64,000 nt of DNA from an uncultured Gammaproteobacteria bacterium (GTDB taxonomy: Bacteria > Patescibacteriota > Microgenomatia > UBA1406 > GWC2-37-13): assembly GCA_964433155.1 (NCBI GenBank), contig CAYSQE010000003.1, positions 12,061 through 76,060 of the forward strand, written 5' to 3'. How positions within the stretch are numbered: the first letter of the stretch is position 1; the number at the start of each line of letters is the position of its first letter. Position numbers and translations under genes: made by a program. Shown in pieces: positions 29,648-39,245 of this stretch. The notes beneath the pieces are model-generated. The model ran no database searches. It was not told the DNA's origin and was given only the letters and a program-made list of their open reading frames with translations.

Positions 29648-30735
29648 ATAAACGCGTACTCGTCACCGGCGGTGCTGGTTTTATCGGCTCGCACACCGTA
29701 GACGCTTTAGTTAAAAAAGGCTACAAAATTAAAATCCTCGATTCACTTACCAAACCAGTACATCAACGAGGCAGCCCTGATTATTTAAATAAAGAAGCCG
29801 AATTTATCGACGGCGATGTGCGAAATAAAAGCGCCTGGGAAAAAGCCTTAAAGAATGTAAGCATTGTCTTTCATCTTGCAGCATATCAGGATTACCTTCC
29901 AAATTTCAGTAAATATTTTGACGTTAACGCCAAAGGAACGGCTCTTTTATATGAAATAATCGTGGAAAAAAAATTAAAAATCGAAAAAGTTATCATCGCC
30001 TCCTCGCAGGCAATCTATGGTGAAGGAAGATATGCCTGTAAAAATAATCATATCATCTATCCTACACAACGCTCGTTCAAGGATTTAAAAAAGAAAAAAT
30101 GGGATTTTAACTGTCCGCATGATAAACTTCCGCTTATCCCGCAATGGGTAAATGAAGGCGATTTTATCGACCCGCACAATCAATACGGAATTTCAAAGTA
30201 TAGTCAAGAAAAAATCGGTATTCATCTCGGCAAGCGCTATCAAATTCCGACAGTTGCTATGCGATACTCCATAGTCCAAGGACCCCGCCAGTCGCCTTTT
30301 AATCTTTACTCTGGAGTGTTGAGAATCTTTATAACGCATCTTCTAGGCAGAAAGCCGCCAACGATTTTTGAAGATGGTAATCAAATTAGAGATTTTGTCA
30401 ACATCCACGATGTAGTTTCGGCAAATATTCTTGTTCTTGAAAATAAAAAAGCAGACTATCAAGTATTTAATGTCGGCGGAGGTAAAAGGTACACAGTCAA
30501 CGAATTTTATAAGATTGTGCAGAAAATTTTGAAAACTGACATTAAACCTGTAAGAGACGGTTCATTTAGAGTAGGTGACACAAGGCATATCTTCTCTAGC
30601 ATTGAAAAAATGAAAAACCTCGGTTTCAAACCTACATATTCAATTACGGACTCTATTCATTCATATATTACCTGGTTACAAACATTAGCGAATTTTAATA
30701 ATGGAAACAGTAAAATGCATTTGTGGAAAAAATGA
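29644..30735 (+). CDS. NAD-dependent epimerase/dehydratase (extended SDR)
   Basis: VLVTGGAGFIGSH Rossmann motif and the YGISKYSQE catalytic YxxxK. Carries a Cys-containing insert (RYACKNN...FNCPHD). Confidence 0.8.
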   Translation: MNKRVLVTGGAGFIGSHTVDALVKKGYKIKILDSLTKPVHQRGSPDYLNKEAEFIDGDVRNKSAWEKALKNVSIVFHLAAYQDYLPNFSKYFDVNAKGTALLYEIIVEKKLKIEKVIIASSQAIYGEGRYACKNNHIIYPTQRSFKDLKKKKWDFNCPHDKLPLIPQWVNEGDFIDPHNQYGISKYSQEKIGIHLGKRYQIPTVAMRYSIVQGPRQSPFNLYSGVLRIFITHLLGRKPPTIFEDGNQIRDFVNIHDVVSANILVLENKKADYQVFNVGGGKRYTVNEFYKIVQKILKTDIKPVRDGSFRVGDTRHIFSSIEKMKNLGFKPTYSITDSIHSYITWLQTLANFNNGNSKMHLWKK

Positions 30736-31672
30736 TTTTAATCTTCTGCATGTGCTAAAGAAAGAAAAAATCAATTATCGGATAGTCAAATGTCGCAACT
30801 GTGATTTAGTTTATATGAATCCGCGTCCGACCGCTCCAAATATAGAAAAATTTTACAAAAAAAACTATTATTACGATGAAAGTATGTTCGATATGGAAAA
30901 TTATATAAAGGCGAAAATACTTTACCAAGATATTAAAAAATATTTGCAAAACGGATCTATCTTAGACATCGGTTGCTCAAAAGCGTTTCTCCTCAATTTT
31001 ATGAAAGAAGATAAACTATTGCTTCACGGAATAGAGCCTTCAGAAGATTCAATCCGATTTGCCTGGAACAATTTTAAAATAAAAGTCGATAAAGGATATT
31101 TTGAGTCTGTAAAAATAAAAAAAAACTCATACACTAATATAACAGCCATTGACATCATAGAGCACGTTAACAATCCTTATAATACTTTAAAAAAGATCTA
31201 TCAAATTTTAAAAAAAAACGGTGTGGTCATTGTTGAAACTCCAAATATTGATAGCCTATATTATTCAATTGGCAAAGATCGCTGGATGGGCTTTGCTTTA
31301 CCGTTTCACATTTATTATTTTGCTCCAAAAACGTTAAAAAACCTTTTTGAGCAGATTGGTTTTAGAAATATTACCGTCGAGACTTCCCATTTCAATCTAA
31401 TTTCGCGAGAAGGTTTTTTCCGAAGCAAGGGTTATGGCATTTTTCGTCTTATATTAACGCTGCTCAACTTTTTAGGCATCAATCCTGATATTGTAGCCAA
31501 CAGAGTAAATCAAAGTTTTTTAGATAGCGCCATGAAGACTAAGAAAAAAATTAATCTTCCAAATCTCAGCTTTTTAGACAAAATAGAAATTTTTATTAAT
31601 CAGCCGCTAAATTATTTGTTTTCAAAAAAATTATTATTCGGAGATGGTGTACGAGTTATTGCCTATAAATGA
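30701..31672 (+). CDS. SAM-dependent methyltransferase with N-terminal Cys4 zinc-ribbon-like motif
   Basis: CICGKN...CRNCDLVYMNP, then ILDIGCSKAF, ITAIDIIEHV and LKKNGVVIVETPN. Confidence 0.7.
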   Translation: METVKCICGKNDFNLLHVLKKEKINYRIVKCRNCDLVYMNPRPTAPNIEKFYKKNYYYDESMFDMENYIKAKILYQDIKKYLQNGSILDIGCSKAFLLNFMKEDKLLLHGIEPSEDSIRFAWNNFKIKVDKGYFESVKIKKNSYTNITAIDIIEHVNNPYNTLKKIYQILKKNGVVIVETPNIDSLYYSIGKDRWMGFALPFHIYYFAPKTLKNLFEQIGFRNITVETSHFNLISREGFFRSKGYGIFRLILTLLNFLGINPDIVANRVNQSFLDSAMKTKKKINLPNLSFLDKIEIFINQPLNYLFSKKLLFGDGVRVIAYK

Positions 31673-32784
31673 AAATTCTTTTTTATTCACCGGTGAAACT
31701 AATTACAGGAGGAGGTTGTGGAAGATGGCATAGTGACATTACCAACTCCCTAAAAAATCTTTTTGGTTTTGAAATAGAAATAATAAGCGGCAATCTGGGT
31801 TACAATCATTGGAGTAAACAATATCTAAGACAACAACTCCAATCCGTTGAGTATGTTCAACTTAACTTTATAATTTTTTTTGGCCTCCTTATTCCTACTC
31901 CTTCGATTTTCTTTTTTCTTTTAAAAAAATTTAAAGACGCTGATGTAGTTCACTTTATTCATGGATTTTTAGGGCAAGATATTTTAATCCTTATTTTAAA
32001 ACTTCTTACTCGGAAAAAAGTTGTCGTCGGACATCATGCTCCAATCTTTCATTCTTCTAAGATTCACAACTTTTATATGAAGTATATATCACGCTTTATT
32101 TTAAAATTTTTTGATTATCATCAGGCTCTAAATAAACATGACAAAGCATTTTTAGAGAAAGAATGGGGTTTAAAAAATGTATTTTTTATCCCAAGCGGCG
32201 TTAGAGTTGAAAAATTTCTCAAAATCGAGCCCATAAAACATAATAATTTAGTTTTTATTTCTGTTGGCAGATACGCTCTTCAGAAAGGTTATGATTTGCT
32301 TCTTCTAGCGATAGGAAAATTTAATCATATATTTCCCAATAATCGAGCCGAGTTTTGGTTTGTTGGAGATGGAGAACTAAAACGGCTAATCCAATCTTAT
32401 TGTGAGAAATATAAAAATATTAAGGATCTTGGTTATGTCAAATACGAAGCTATGCCAGGAATATATGCTAAAAGTGACGTCTACCTCTTACCATCGCGCG
32501 AAGAGCCTTTTGGTCTGGTTCTGATTGAAAGCTGGGCTTGCGGATTACCCACTCTAGCAACAAAAACCGAAGGGCCTAAAGATATGCTGAAGGAAAGTAA
32601 AAACGGTTGGTTTATCCATAAAATATCAAGTGAGGAAATATGTAACAGCTTGTCAACTCTTTATAACATGTACCTTAGTGATGAAAACTGTTTTAATAAA
32701 ATTGAAAAAAACTGCCGGGAAACAGCCGCAATGTTCAGCATAGATACTACAGCTAAGAGGATGACAAAAGCATTTTTTTCTTGA
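31669..32784 (+). CDS. Glycosyltransferase family 4 (GT-B)
   Basis: LLPSREEPFGLVLIESWACGLPTLATKTEGPKDML. Confidence 0.8.
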   Translation: MKILFYSPVKLITGGGCGRWHSDITNSLKNLFGFEIEIISGNLGYNHWSKQYLRQQLQSVEYVQLNFIIFFGLLIPTPSIFFFLLKKFKDADVVHFIHGFLGQDILILILKLLTRKKVVVGHHAPIFHSSKIHNFYMKYISRFILKFFDYHQALNKHDKAFLEKEWGLKNVFFIPSGVRVEKFLKIEPIKHNNLVFISVGRYALQKGYDLLLLAIGKFNHIFPNNRAEFWFVGDGELKRLIQSYCEKYKNIKDLGYVKYEAMPGIYAKSDVYLLPSREEPFGLVLIESWACGLPTLATKTEGPKDMLKESKNGWFIHKISSEEICNSLSTLYNMYLSDENCFNKIEKNCRETAAMFSIDTTAKRMTKAFFS

Positions 32785-32788
32785 AAAC

Positions 32789-33736
32789 TCATTTTCTAAA
32801 TTTATACCATTTATGTAGTCTTGAAACCATGAGCATAATTATGTATGCCCAAACTTTTCTAAAAATGCTTGATTTTGGTGAAGAAATAAGCATTTTTTCT
32901 TTAGCTATCCTATATTTTTTCTCCATAGAATCCCAAGTTATATCGTTCTTTAGCTCCCAAGCTTTTGTTGATATCATATAAGTATAAAACATTGATTGCA
33001 TCGCTACGATAAATCCTTTGATGCCTCGCATCCAAGCTCCTTGAAGAATGTAAACTGTAAAAAATAAAAAAAGGGGGTTAAATACTATTTTTAAGTTTGA
33101 TATATTGTTTGCTAAAGTTTTCGCGTGAGCAAGATAGTAGGAACTAATAGTTTTTATTTGAGTTTCTGTAGTAAAAGGCGAAAAATGATAAACAGAATAT
33201 TCATCTAATGGTGACAGGTAAAGTATTTCTTGTGGCCTCACATGGTGAGCGAATCTTCCCGATTGATGAATTGTATTATTACTGTAGTCCATAGAGCCTT
33301 TCTTGTAGAACTTTATCTCAACACTGCCAATAGCTGGGAAAAATTCGCTCTCACCGTCATACATCAAAGTTTTTCTCTTTTGGACAACGACTTTATATTT
33401 ATTTTCTTGTGCAATTTTTTTATAAATATTCAGACACGTTTTTGGTACCATTTCGTCGGCAAATCCCCAAAAGACCCAATCGGTCTTGACATGACTTAGG
33501 ACAAAGTCGGATTCTGCTTTGGTCTCAACAAAAGAAGCTCCGTGATGCCCGCGCTTTATTACCCTAGCGCCTAATTTTTCCGCAATCTTCACCGTGTTAT
33601 CAATGCTTGAATCATCAGAAATTAGAACATCTCCATAGGGTAAATAACACTTTATAGGATATGCTATTCTTTTTTCCTCATTATAGGTAAAAATAACAAA
33701 AGTGATATTAGATTTTTTTAATCTGTTTTTTTTCAT
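32789..33736 (-). CDS. Glycosyltransferase family 2 with C-terminal membrane segment
   Basis: ITFVIFTYNEEKRI...VLISDDSSIDNTVKIAEKLGARV; hydrophobic C-terminus. Confidence 0.75.
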   Translation of the reverse strand: MKKNRLKKSNITFVIFTYNEEKRIAYPIKCYLPYGDVLISDDSSIDNTVKIAEKLGARVIKRGHHGASFVETKAESDFVLSHVKTDWVFWGFADEMVPKTCLNIYKKIAQENKYKVVVQKRKTLMYDGESEFFPAIGSVEIKFYKKGSMDYSNNTIHQSGRFAHHVRPQEILYLSPLDEYSVYHFSPFTTETQIKTISSYYLAHAKTLANNISNLKIVFNPLFLFFTVYILQGAWMRGIKGFIVAMQSMFYTYMISTKAWELKNDITWDSMEKKYRIAKEKMLISSPKSSIFRKVWAYIIMLMVSRLHKWYKFRK

Positions 33737-33784
33737 TATTTATCTTACAATTAATTAGCAGATATTTTATCATAACAATTCACA

Positions 33785-35908
33785 ATGAAGAAATTAACCT
33801 CGCATCTTCTGCCAATTTTTTTTCTCGTCATATTATCTATCGCTGTCCATCATACTTGGTTTACCAATTTATCTCCAATAACTTCTGGCGATTGGTATGT
33901 CGATTACTCTGAAAAATTAAATGAATATTTCTCTTTTCCAATCATGTGGAACTCTGATTATTCTTTCGGAACACCAAATTTAGGCGTTTCGTTCTGGCCA
34001 TTTCTATCATTTGTTGGGTTTTTATCGAATTTAAATTTTTCTCCTTACCTTATTGAAAGAATTGTTTTTTTATGGCCTATTGCAATATTACTTCCTTTGG
34101 GCGCTTATTTTCTTTCTTATTATCTTTTTCGGTCAACAATAGCCTCAATTGTTAGCGCTCTTATTTTCGAATTCAATACCTATATGATTATTTTACAAGG
34201 CGGCCATCTGACACTACTTATGGCGATATCTCTTACTCCGTTTTTTTTGCTCTTTTTCCTAAAAACTCTATCAAGCAGTAAACTTTTTTTAGCAGTGATC
34301 ACATCTCTTATTGGATTTATGATAAGTTTCTATGAGTTTAGAATTTTTTACCTCGCCGTCTGGATGGTATTTTTTTATCTGATTTATCACTTAACTATTC
34401 TCAGAGAGTTCAAGGGATTAATAGATTTTGTAAAAAAATTGGCTTTATCTTTAACTATCATAATCATAATTTTACTTCTCAATTTCTATTTTTTTTTCGG
34501 CATATATGGTATGCAATCCTTAGCAGATAATGCATTATTCAACCGCAGTCTTTTTGGCGCTTGGTATATTACTCTCTCTAAAACCATGACTATTTTTCAC
34601 TTCGGATGGACAGGCGGTGTAATTGTACCATGGAAAATTCAACCGCTGCTTGTCAGATTTTTTTTCATTCCCATACTTGCGCTCTTGGGTTTTATTGTTG
34701 GAAAAAAAGATAAAAGGCTCCCATTTTTTGCACTTCTTGGAGTCTTAGGAATCTTTTTAGCCAAACAAAATACGCCTCCGTTCCCGGATATTTATCAGTG
34801 GCTCTTTGACCACGTTCCTGGTTTTAATGCTTTTAGAGAATCAGGCAAATTTTTATTGTATGTAGCTATATCATACAGTGTACTAATCGGAGCATTTATC
34901 TCTTGGTTCTGGGATAAATCAGAACTAAAGATAAACAGATCGCTTAAGATTCTTACTGTCTTTCTTATTGCGTTTCTTATTATTTGGAATTCAAAACCCA
35001 TAATTACTGGTGAACTCGGAGCGCTCTTTGTCCAAAGAAAAATTCCCAATGACTATTTGATACTAAACGAATATCTCACGGCGCAAAAAGAATATTTCAG
35101 AACATTTTGGACTCCGGACTACTCTCGATGGGGTCATTATTTGAGTATTCACCCGCGAACCAGTGTACTCTATCTTAATCTCTTTGAATGGTTGGATTTT
35201 GCTAAAAAAGGCAATCCTATCGGCAGCATTTACTTCAATCAACTTCTTGACCTATCTTCCATTAGATATGTGATCGTTCCAATACAGGATAAAAGTAACG
35301 ATGATGATTTTTTTCCCCAGACAAACAAACGGATTAACTTCATTTCAGAACTTGAAAGATTACCTTACCTTAAGAAAATTAATGTTGGATTTAAGGAATT
35401 GGTAATGTTCGAAAATTTTAATTACCGTCCCCATATTTATTCAACACAAAAAAAAGAAAGAATTTACTCATATGTGCCTTACCAAAAAATTAAATATTCC
35501 ATGGTAAACCCAACACAGTATAAAATCATTTTAAAAAATGTTAAAGAAGCGGTTTATTTAAATTTTTCTGAAAATTATAATCCGAATTGGAAGATAAGAG
35601 TTGGGAAATTTAGTTGGTTTGCTACACTTACAGGTAAAAATTATTTTCTCTCAGATGATATTCACTTCAAAAATGAGGCGAAATTAAATTCTTTTATTAT
35701 CGACGTCCAACAAATTTGCAAAAAACAAGACGCGTGCATAAGCAATTCTGATGGAAGCTATGATATAAATCTAACAGTTTATTTCTCACCACAATCGTAT
35801 CTTTACATCGGACTAATAATCAGCGCAGTTGCATTTTTTACCTGTATAGGTTATTTAATTATAACTTTAATCAAAATTGGTTTAAAAACTAACTATTTAG
35901 TTACATGA
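33785..35908 (+). CDS. Large polytopic membrane protein, GT-C-like glycosyltransferase candidate
   Basis: About 13 hydrophobic helices, a soluble domain of about 230 aa, and a terminal TM; 707 aa. Confidence 0.45.
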   Translation: MKKLTSHLLPIFFLVILSIAVHHTWFTNLSPITSGDWYVDYSEKLNEYFSFPIMWNSDYSFGTPNLGVSFWPFLSFVGFLSNLNFSPYLIERIVFLWPIAILLPLGAYFLSYYLFRSTIASIVSALIFEFNTYMIILQGGHLTLLMAISLTPFFLLFFLKTLSSSKLFLAVITSLIGFMISFYEFRIFYLAVWMVFFYLIYHLTILREFKGLIDFVKKLALSLTIIIIILLLNFYFFFGIYGMQSLADNALFNRSLFGAWYITLSKTMTIFHFGWTGGVIVPWKIQPLLVRFFFIPILALLGFIVGKKDKRLPFFALLGVLGIFLAKQNTPPFPDIYQWLFDHVPGFNAFRESGKFLLYVAISYSVLIGAFISWFWDKSELKINRSLKILTVFLIAFLIIWNSKPIITGELGALFVQRKIPNDYLILNEYLTAQKEYFRTFWTPDYSRWGHYLSIHPRTSVLYLNLFEWLDFAKKGNPIGSIYFNQLLDLSSIRYVIVPIQDKSNDDDFFPQTNKRINFISELERLPYLKKINVGFKELVMFENFNYRPHIYSTQKKERIYSYVPYQKIKYSMVNPTQYKIILKNVKEAVYLNFSENYNPNWKIRVGKFSWFATLTGKNYFLSDDIHFKNEAKLNSFIIDVQQICKKQDACISNSDGSYDINLTVYFSPQSYLYIGLIISAVAFFTCIGYLIITLIKIGLKTNYLVT

Positions 35909-37464
35909 TTAAAAAAAATACTCTTATAACCATTTTTATGGGCGCTATTTTCCTTGTATCTTTACTTTATCGACTATATGGGCTTTCCACGAATAATCCG
36001 CCTTTTTGGGTAGATGAATTTGCCTCTGCCAATCAAGGAAAACTGCTATTTCAGCAGGGTTTTGGAGTTTTTTTTAATCCCAATACAGTTCTTGAGCATT
36101 ACAATATCACAACTCATCTCTTGATTGCAGCCTCGTATAAATTCTTTGGTGTGAATGAATTTGCTGCACGATTTCCTCCGGTTGTCATTGGTTCATTTAT
36201 ACCTGTGGCAGTTTTCTACCTAGCAAGACACCTTACCAATATCTCAACCTCAATATCAGCGAGTCTCCTGGTTGCCTTTTCCTATTTCGAGATTACCTGG
36301 TCGCGCCAGGCTAGAGGATACATTATCGTCCAGTTTTTAGTACTCTTGGGTTTTCTTCTTTATCTGAAACTAGTTGATATAAAAAAACCAAATATTATTT
36401 TATCTGTAATCTTCTTCCTAACAATTTTTTTGGGGGTAATAACTCATCCTCTCTACTACATTTTTCTAATTAGCCTTGCTTTTCATTTTCTCCTTACCAA
36501 TCATAAACGCGTCATTGAACTATTAAAAAAACCTTGGCTCTACCTTCTAGCTTCTTTTTTATTTCTTATTATTTATAAAATTGGTTTTATTAATGCTCTG
36601 ATTCGCATGTTTAATTCTGGAACTTTCCTCACAGATAACTTTTGGTATTACCATCCCTTCTTGTGGAGAGAGTATGGGCTTGTCTCCTTTTTAGCTATAC
36701 TTGGATTCTTGTTTTTGTTTTTTAAAAAAAACAAGATGATTCTTCCCATACTTATCTATATTGGAGTCCATCTTATCTTTATAACCTTTATCTTCAAACC
36801 CTACGTCTCTCGCTATCTTCTTCCCGTCTTCCCTTTTTTTATTATTGGAACTTCTTACTTATTGTCTGAGGTCTCAAAAATACTTAGTAACCATCTTGGT
36901 GCCGACCGAGCCAAGTTGGTATTTACTTTAGGTCTGACTTTTTTTATTATTGTAAACGGCCATAAGTTTGTAAATAAGCCGAAAAAATACTACTCGCTCA
37001 ATCATGATTTTAGAGAGATTGCCAATATAGACTATCATCAAGTCTACAATATCATCAAGAAGAACTCGGAAATTGACAACAATAAATTAGTTATCATCGA
37101 AACTTGGTGGGATCGCGCGCATTGGTACTTGGGAGACGATTTTAAAAACATTGTAGCATTTCGCTGGTTAGACGAAGGCTTTGTAAACGGCATCTCAAAA
37201 AAAATCAACTACTTTGTAAATGAAAAGGGAGAAAAGATACTTAAAGGCGACAGTTTGCACCTGGTTCTGGAAAAAAAAGATCTTCAACTATATATGGAAA
37301 GATATCCGCGGGGATTTATTTTTATCGACGATTCATCACTACCAAACGACGTTATAAAATTTGCTGAAAAAAATCTCAAGAAGGAACTCTATCTTGATCA
37401 CTATCCATTCGATGATAACCCTTATTCCATCTGGCCTGCAACGCTCTACAGCTGGGGGATATAA
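35905..37464 (+). CDS. GT-C fold glycosyltransferase (ArnT/PMT, GT39/GT83-like)
   Basis: First-loop acidic motif PPFWVDEFASANQG, followed by more than 10 TM helices and a soluble C-terminal domain. Confidence 0.6.
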   Translation: MIKKNTLITIFMGAIFLVSLLYRLYGLSTNNPPFWVDEFASANQGKLLFQQGFGVFFNPNTVLEHYNITTHLLIAASYKFFGVNEFAARFPPVVIGSFIPVAVFYLARHLTNISTSISASLLVAFSYFEITWSRQARGYIIVQFLVLLGFLLYLKLVDIKKPNIILSVIFFLTIFLGVITHPLYYIFLISLAFHFLLTNHKRVIELLKKPWLYLLASFLFLIIYKIGFINALIRMFNSGTFLTDNFWYYHPFLWREYGLVSFLAILGFLFLFFKKNKMILPILIYIGVHLIFITFIFKPYVSRYLLPVFPFFIIGTSYLLSEVSKILSNHLGADRAKLVFTLGLTFFIIVNGHKFVNKPKKYYSLNHDFREIANIDYHQVYNIIKKNSEIDNNKLVIIETWWDRAHWYLGDDFKNIVAFRWLDEGFVNGISKKINYFVNEKGEKILKGDSLHLVLEKKDLQLYMERYPRGFIFIDDSSLPNDVIKFAEKNLKKELYLDHYPFDDNPYSIWPATLYSWGI

Positions 37465-38114
37465 GTCATCTTCAAAAAGTATTTTTCAGCCTTTTTTAAC
37501 CCCCTCTCTTCTTCCCAGCTAACCATACCTGGTTTTTCATGCTTTTTTAGAGGTATCTTGTATAGATCCTTAAACCCATTTCTTCTGTAAAAATCGATTG
37601 CTCTTTTGTTATCGTCCAAAACGCGAAGATATAGATGCTTTGGTTTAAGTTTTTTGGCAGACCAATTTATAAGAGATTTTAATGCAAATGACATTACTCC
37701 TTTTAGGTTTTCCTTATCGCCTCGGACGACATTATCTATCTCGCACGAATTACTCCTGAAGTTAAAAGTAAAAAGCCCTATGTGACCGATGAGTCTTGAT
37801 TTTTTTTCCTTACTCTCGATGAAAAATAATATTCTGGTTGGATTTTCGATTAATCCCTTGGTCCATTTTTTTGTGCCGCCAAAGGTCACCTTAAATTGAG
37901 AAGCAAAAGCAAAAGAATTCTCATCTCTCCACTTAGCAAGTAATTTTATTTCTCCATCTTTTCTTAAAATGCTTTTGGTTATTGGTTTTAAGAATGCAAT
38001 TATATCACCCTGGCTATTGTAGATAGGCAATTTATTGGGAAGGTCCTCGCTGAATCGTTCATCTTTCCAATTCTTGAAGGTATTTAATACATTGGTTTTA
38101 AATTTTCTGATCAT
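37446..38114 (-). CDS. GNAT-family N-acyltransferase
   Basis: LRVLDDNKRAIDFYRRNGFKD (GNAT motif A region). Last gene of the CDP-sugar operon. Confidence 0.6.
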   Translation of the reverse strand: MIRKFKTNVLNTFKNWKDERFSEDLPNKLPIYNSQGDIIAFLKPITKSILRKDGEIKLLAKWRDENSFAFASQFKVTFGGTKKWTKGLIENPTRILFFIESKEKKSRLIGHIGLFTFNFRSNSCEIDNVVRGDKENLKGVMSFALKSLINWSAKKLKPKHLYLRVLDDNKRAIDFYRRNGFKDLYKIPLKKHEKPGMVSWEEERGLKKAEKYFLKMTYIPQL

Positions 38115-38115
38115 G

Positions 38116-39225
38116 TCATACTTTGAGAACTTTCCTCAACATTTTGGCTACATAATCAATTTCCTCTTCAGTTCGCATTAGGCCACTTGGCAGGTTAATT
38201 CCGTTGAAAGAAATGTGATGAGCAACATGAGTATTTTGTTCTTTAAATATGGGAAACATGCTTATTGGCCAGAAAAAGGGACGGGAATCAATCATTTTTT
38301 CTTTAAGTTTTTTTATGATCTCATTTCTTGATATGCCAAAATCCTTATCTAGGATGATCGAACTCATCCAACGATTGCTTTTTGTGTATGGTCGTTCATA
38401 GTTCATCGAGATTCCTTTGATGTCTTTCAAGCGTTTATGATACCAATCAAATATCTTTCTTTTTTTATTGACAAAGCTTTCGATTCTTTCCAACTGCGCA
38501 AGAGCGAAAGCAGCTTGAAGATTAGACATTTCATGTGAATATCCCACCTCAATCTGCCAAAACTTTTTGCCATGAAGTTCACCGTGGCCGTTTAAAAACT
38601 TAGCTCTATCGTATAACTTTCTATCATTTGTAACAAGCATTCCGCCAAATCCTGTCACCATAATTTTGGCTCCTTGGAAACTAAATGCTCCAAAATCGCC
38701 AAAACTTCCTGGTCTTTTTCTCTTATAAATGCTTCCTACAGCAGGACAGGCATCTTCAACCACAGAAAGATTATATCCTCTTGCAATCTGTATGATTTCA
38801 TCCATGTCTGCAGGATTGCCATAGATATGAACCGGCATAATGGCCTTAGTCCGTTTAGTTATTGCTTTTTTAATTTTTTCCGGATCTATACACCATGTAT
38901 CTTTTAGGATATCGACAAATACCGGTTTGGCGCCAAGATAGAAGATGACGTCAGAACAGGAAAAATAAGTTATATCGGGCAATATCACTTCGTCTCCTTT
39001 GCCAACTCCTAAACTGGCAAGCGCCAGATGAAGCGCACCAGTCCCTCCACAAGTTGAAATTGCATATTTAACGCCAATATATTTGGCAAATTCTTCTTCA
39101 AATCTGTGTACATAATCCGCGTAATGCTCATTCCAGCCATTTTTTGCCGCATCCATGACGTAATCAACTTCTTTTTGGCTAACCCAAGGTCCTGCGGTTA
39201 AAATCATCCTTTTAGGCTTATACAT
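38116..39225 (-). CDS. DegT/DnrJ/EryC1-family sugar aminotransferase
   Basis: CGGTGALHLALASLG, VEDACPAVGS, and FSFQGAKIMVTGFGGMLVTN, which retains the Lys. Confidence 0.85.
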   Translation of the reverse strand: MYKPKRMILTAGPWVSQKEVDYVMDAAKNGWNEHYADYVHRFEEEFAKYIGVKYAISTCGGTGALHLALASLGVGKGDEVILPDITYFSCSDVIFYLGAKPVFVDILKDTWCIDPEKIKKAITKRTKAIMPVHIYGNPADMDEIIQIARGYNLSVVEDACPAVGSIYKRKRPGSFGDFGAFSFQGAKIMVTGFGGMLVTNDRKLYDRAKFLNGHGELHGKKFWQIEVGYSHEMSNLQAAFALAQLERIESFVNKKRKIFDWYHKRLKDIKGISMNYERPYTKSNRWMSSIILDKDFGISRNEIIKKLKEKMIDSRPFFWPISMFPIFKEQNTHVAHHISFNGINLPSGLMRTEEEIDYVAKMLRKVLKV

Positions 39226-39245
39226 ATGTAAAACGATATTGATTT

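Noticed and set aside
32781-32981. 66-aa plus-strand ORF after the GT4 gene, and the 79-aa ORF at 44003-44242.
   Set aside because: Both overlap the ends of well-supported opposite-strand or same-locus genes (GT2 at 32789-33736, EamA at 44013-44891) and have no motifs.
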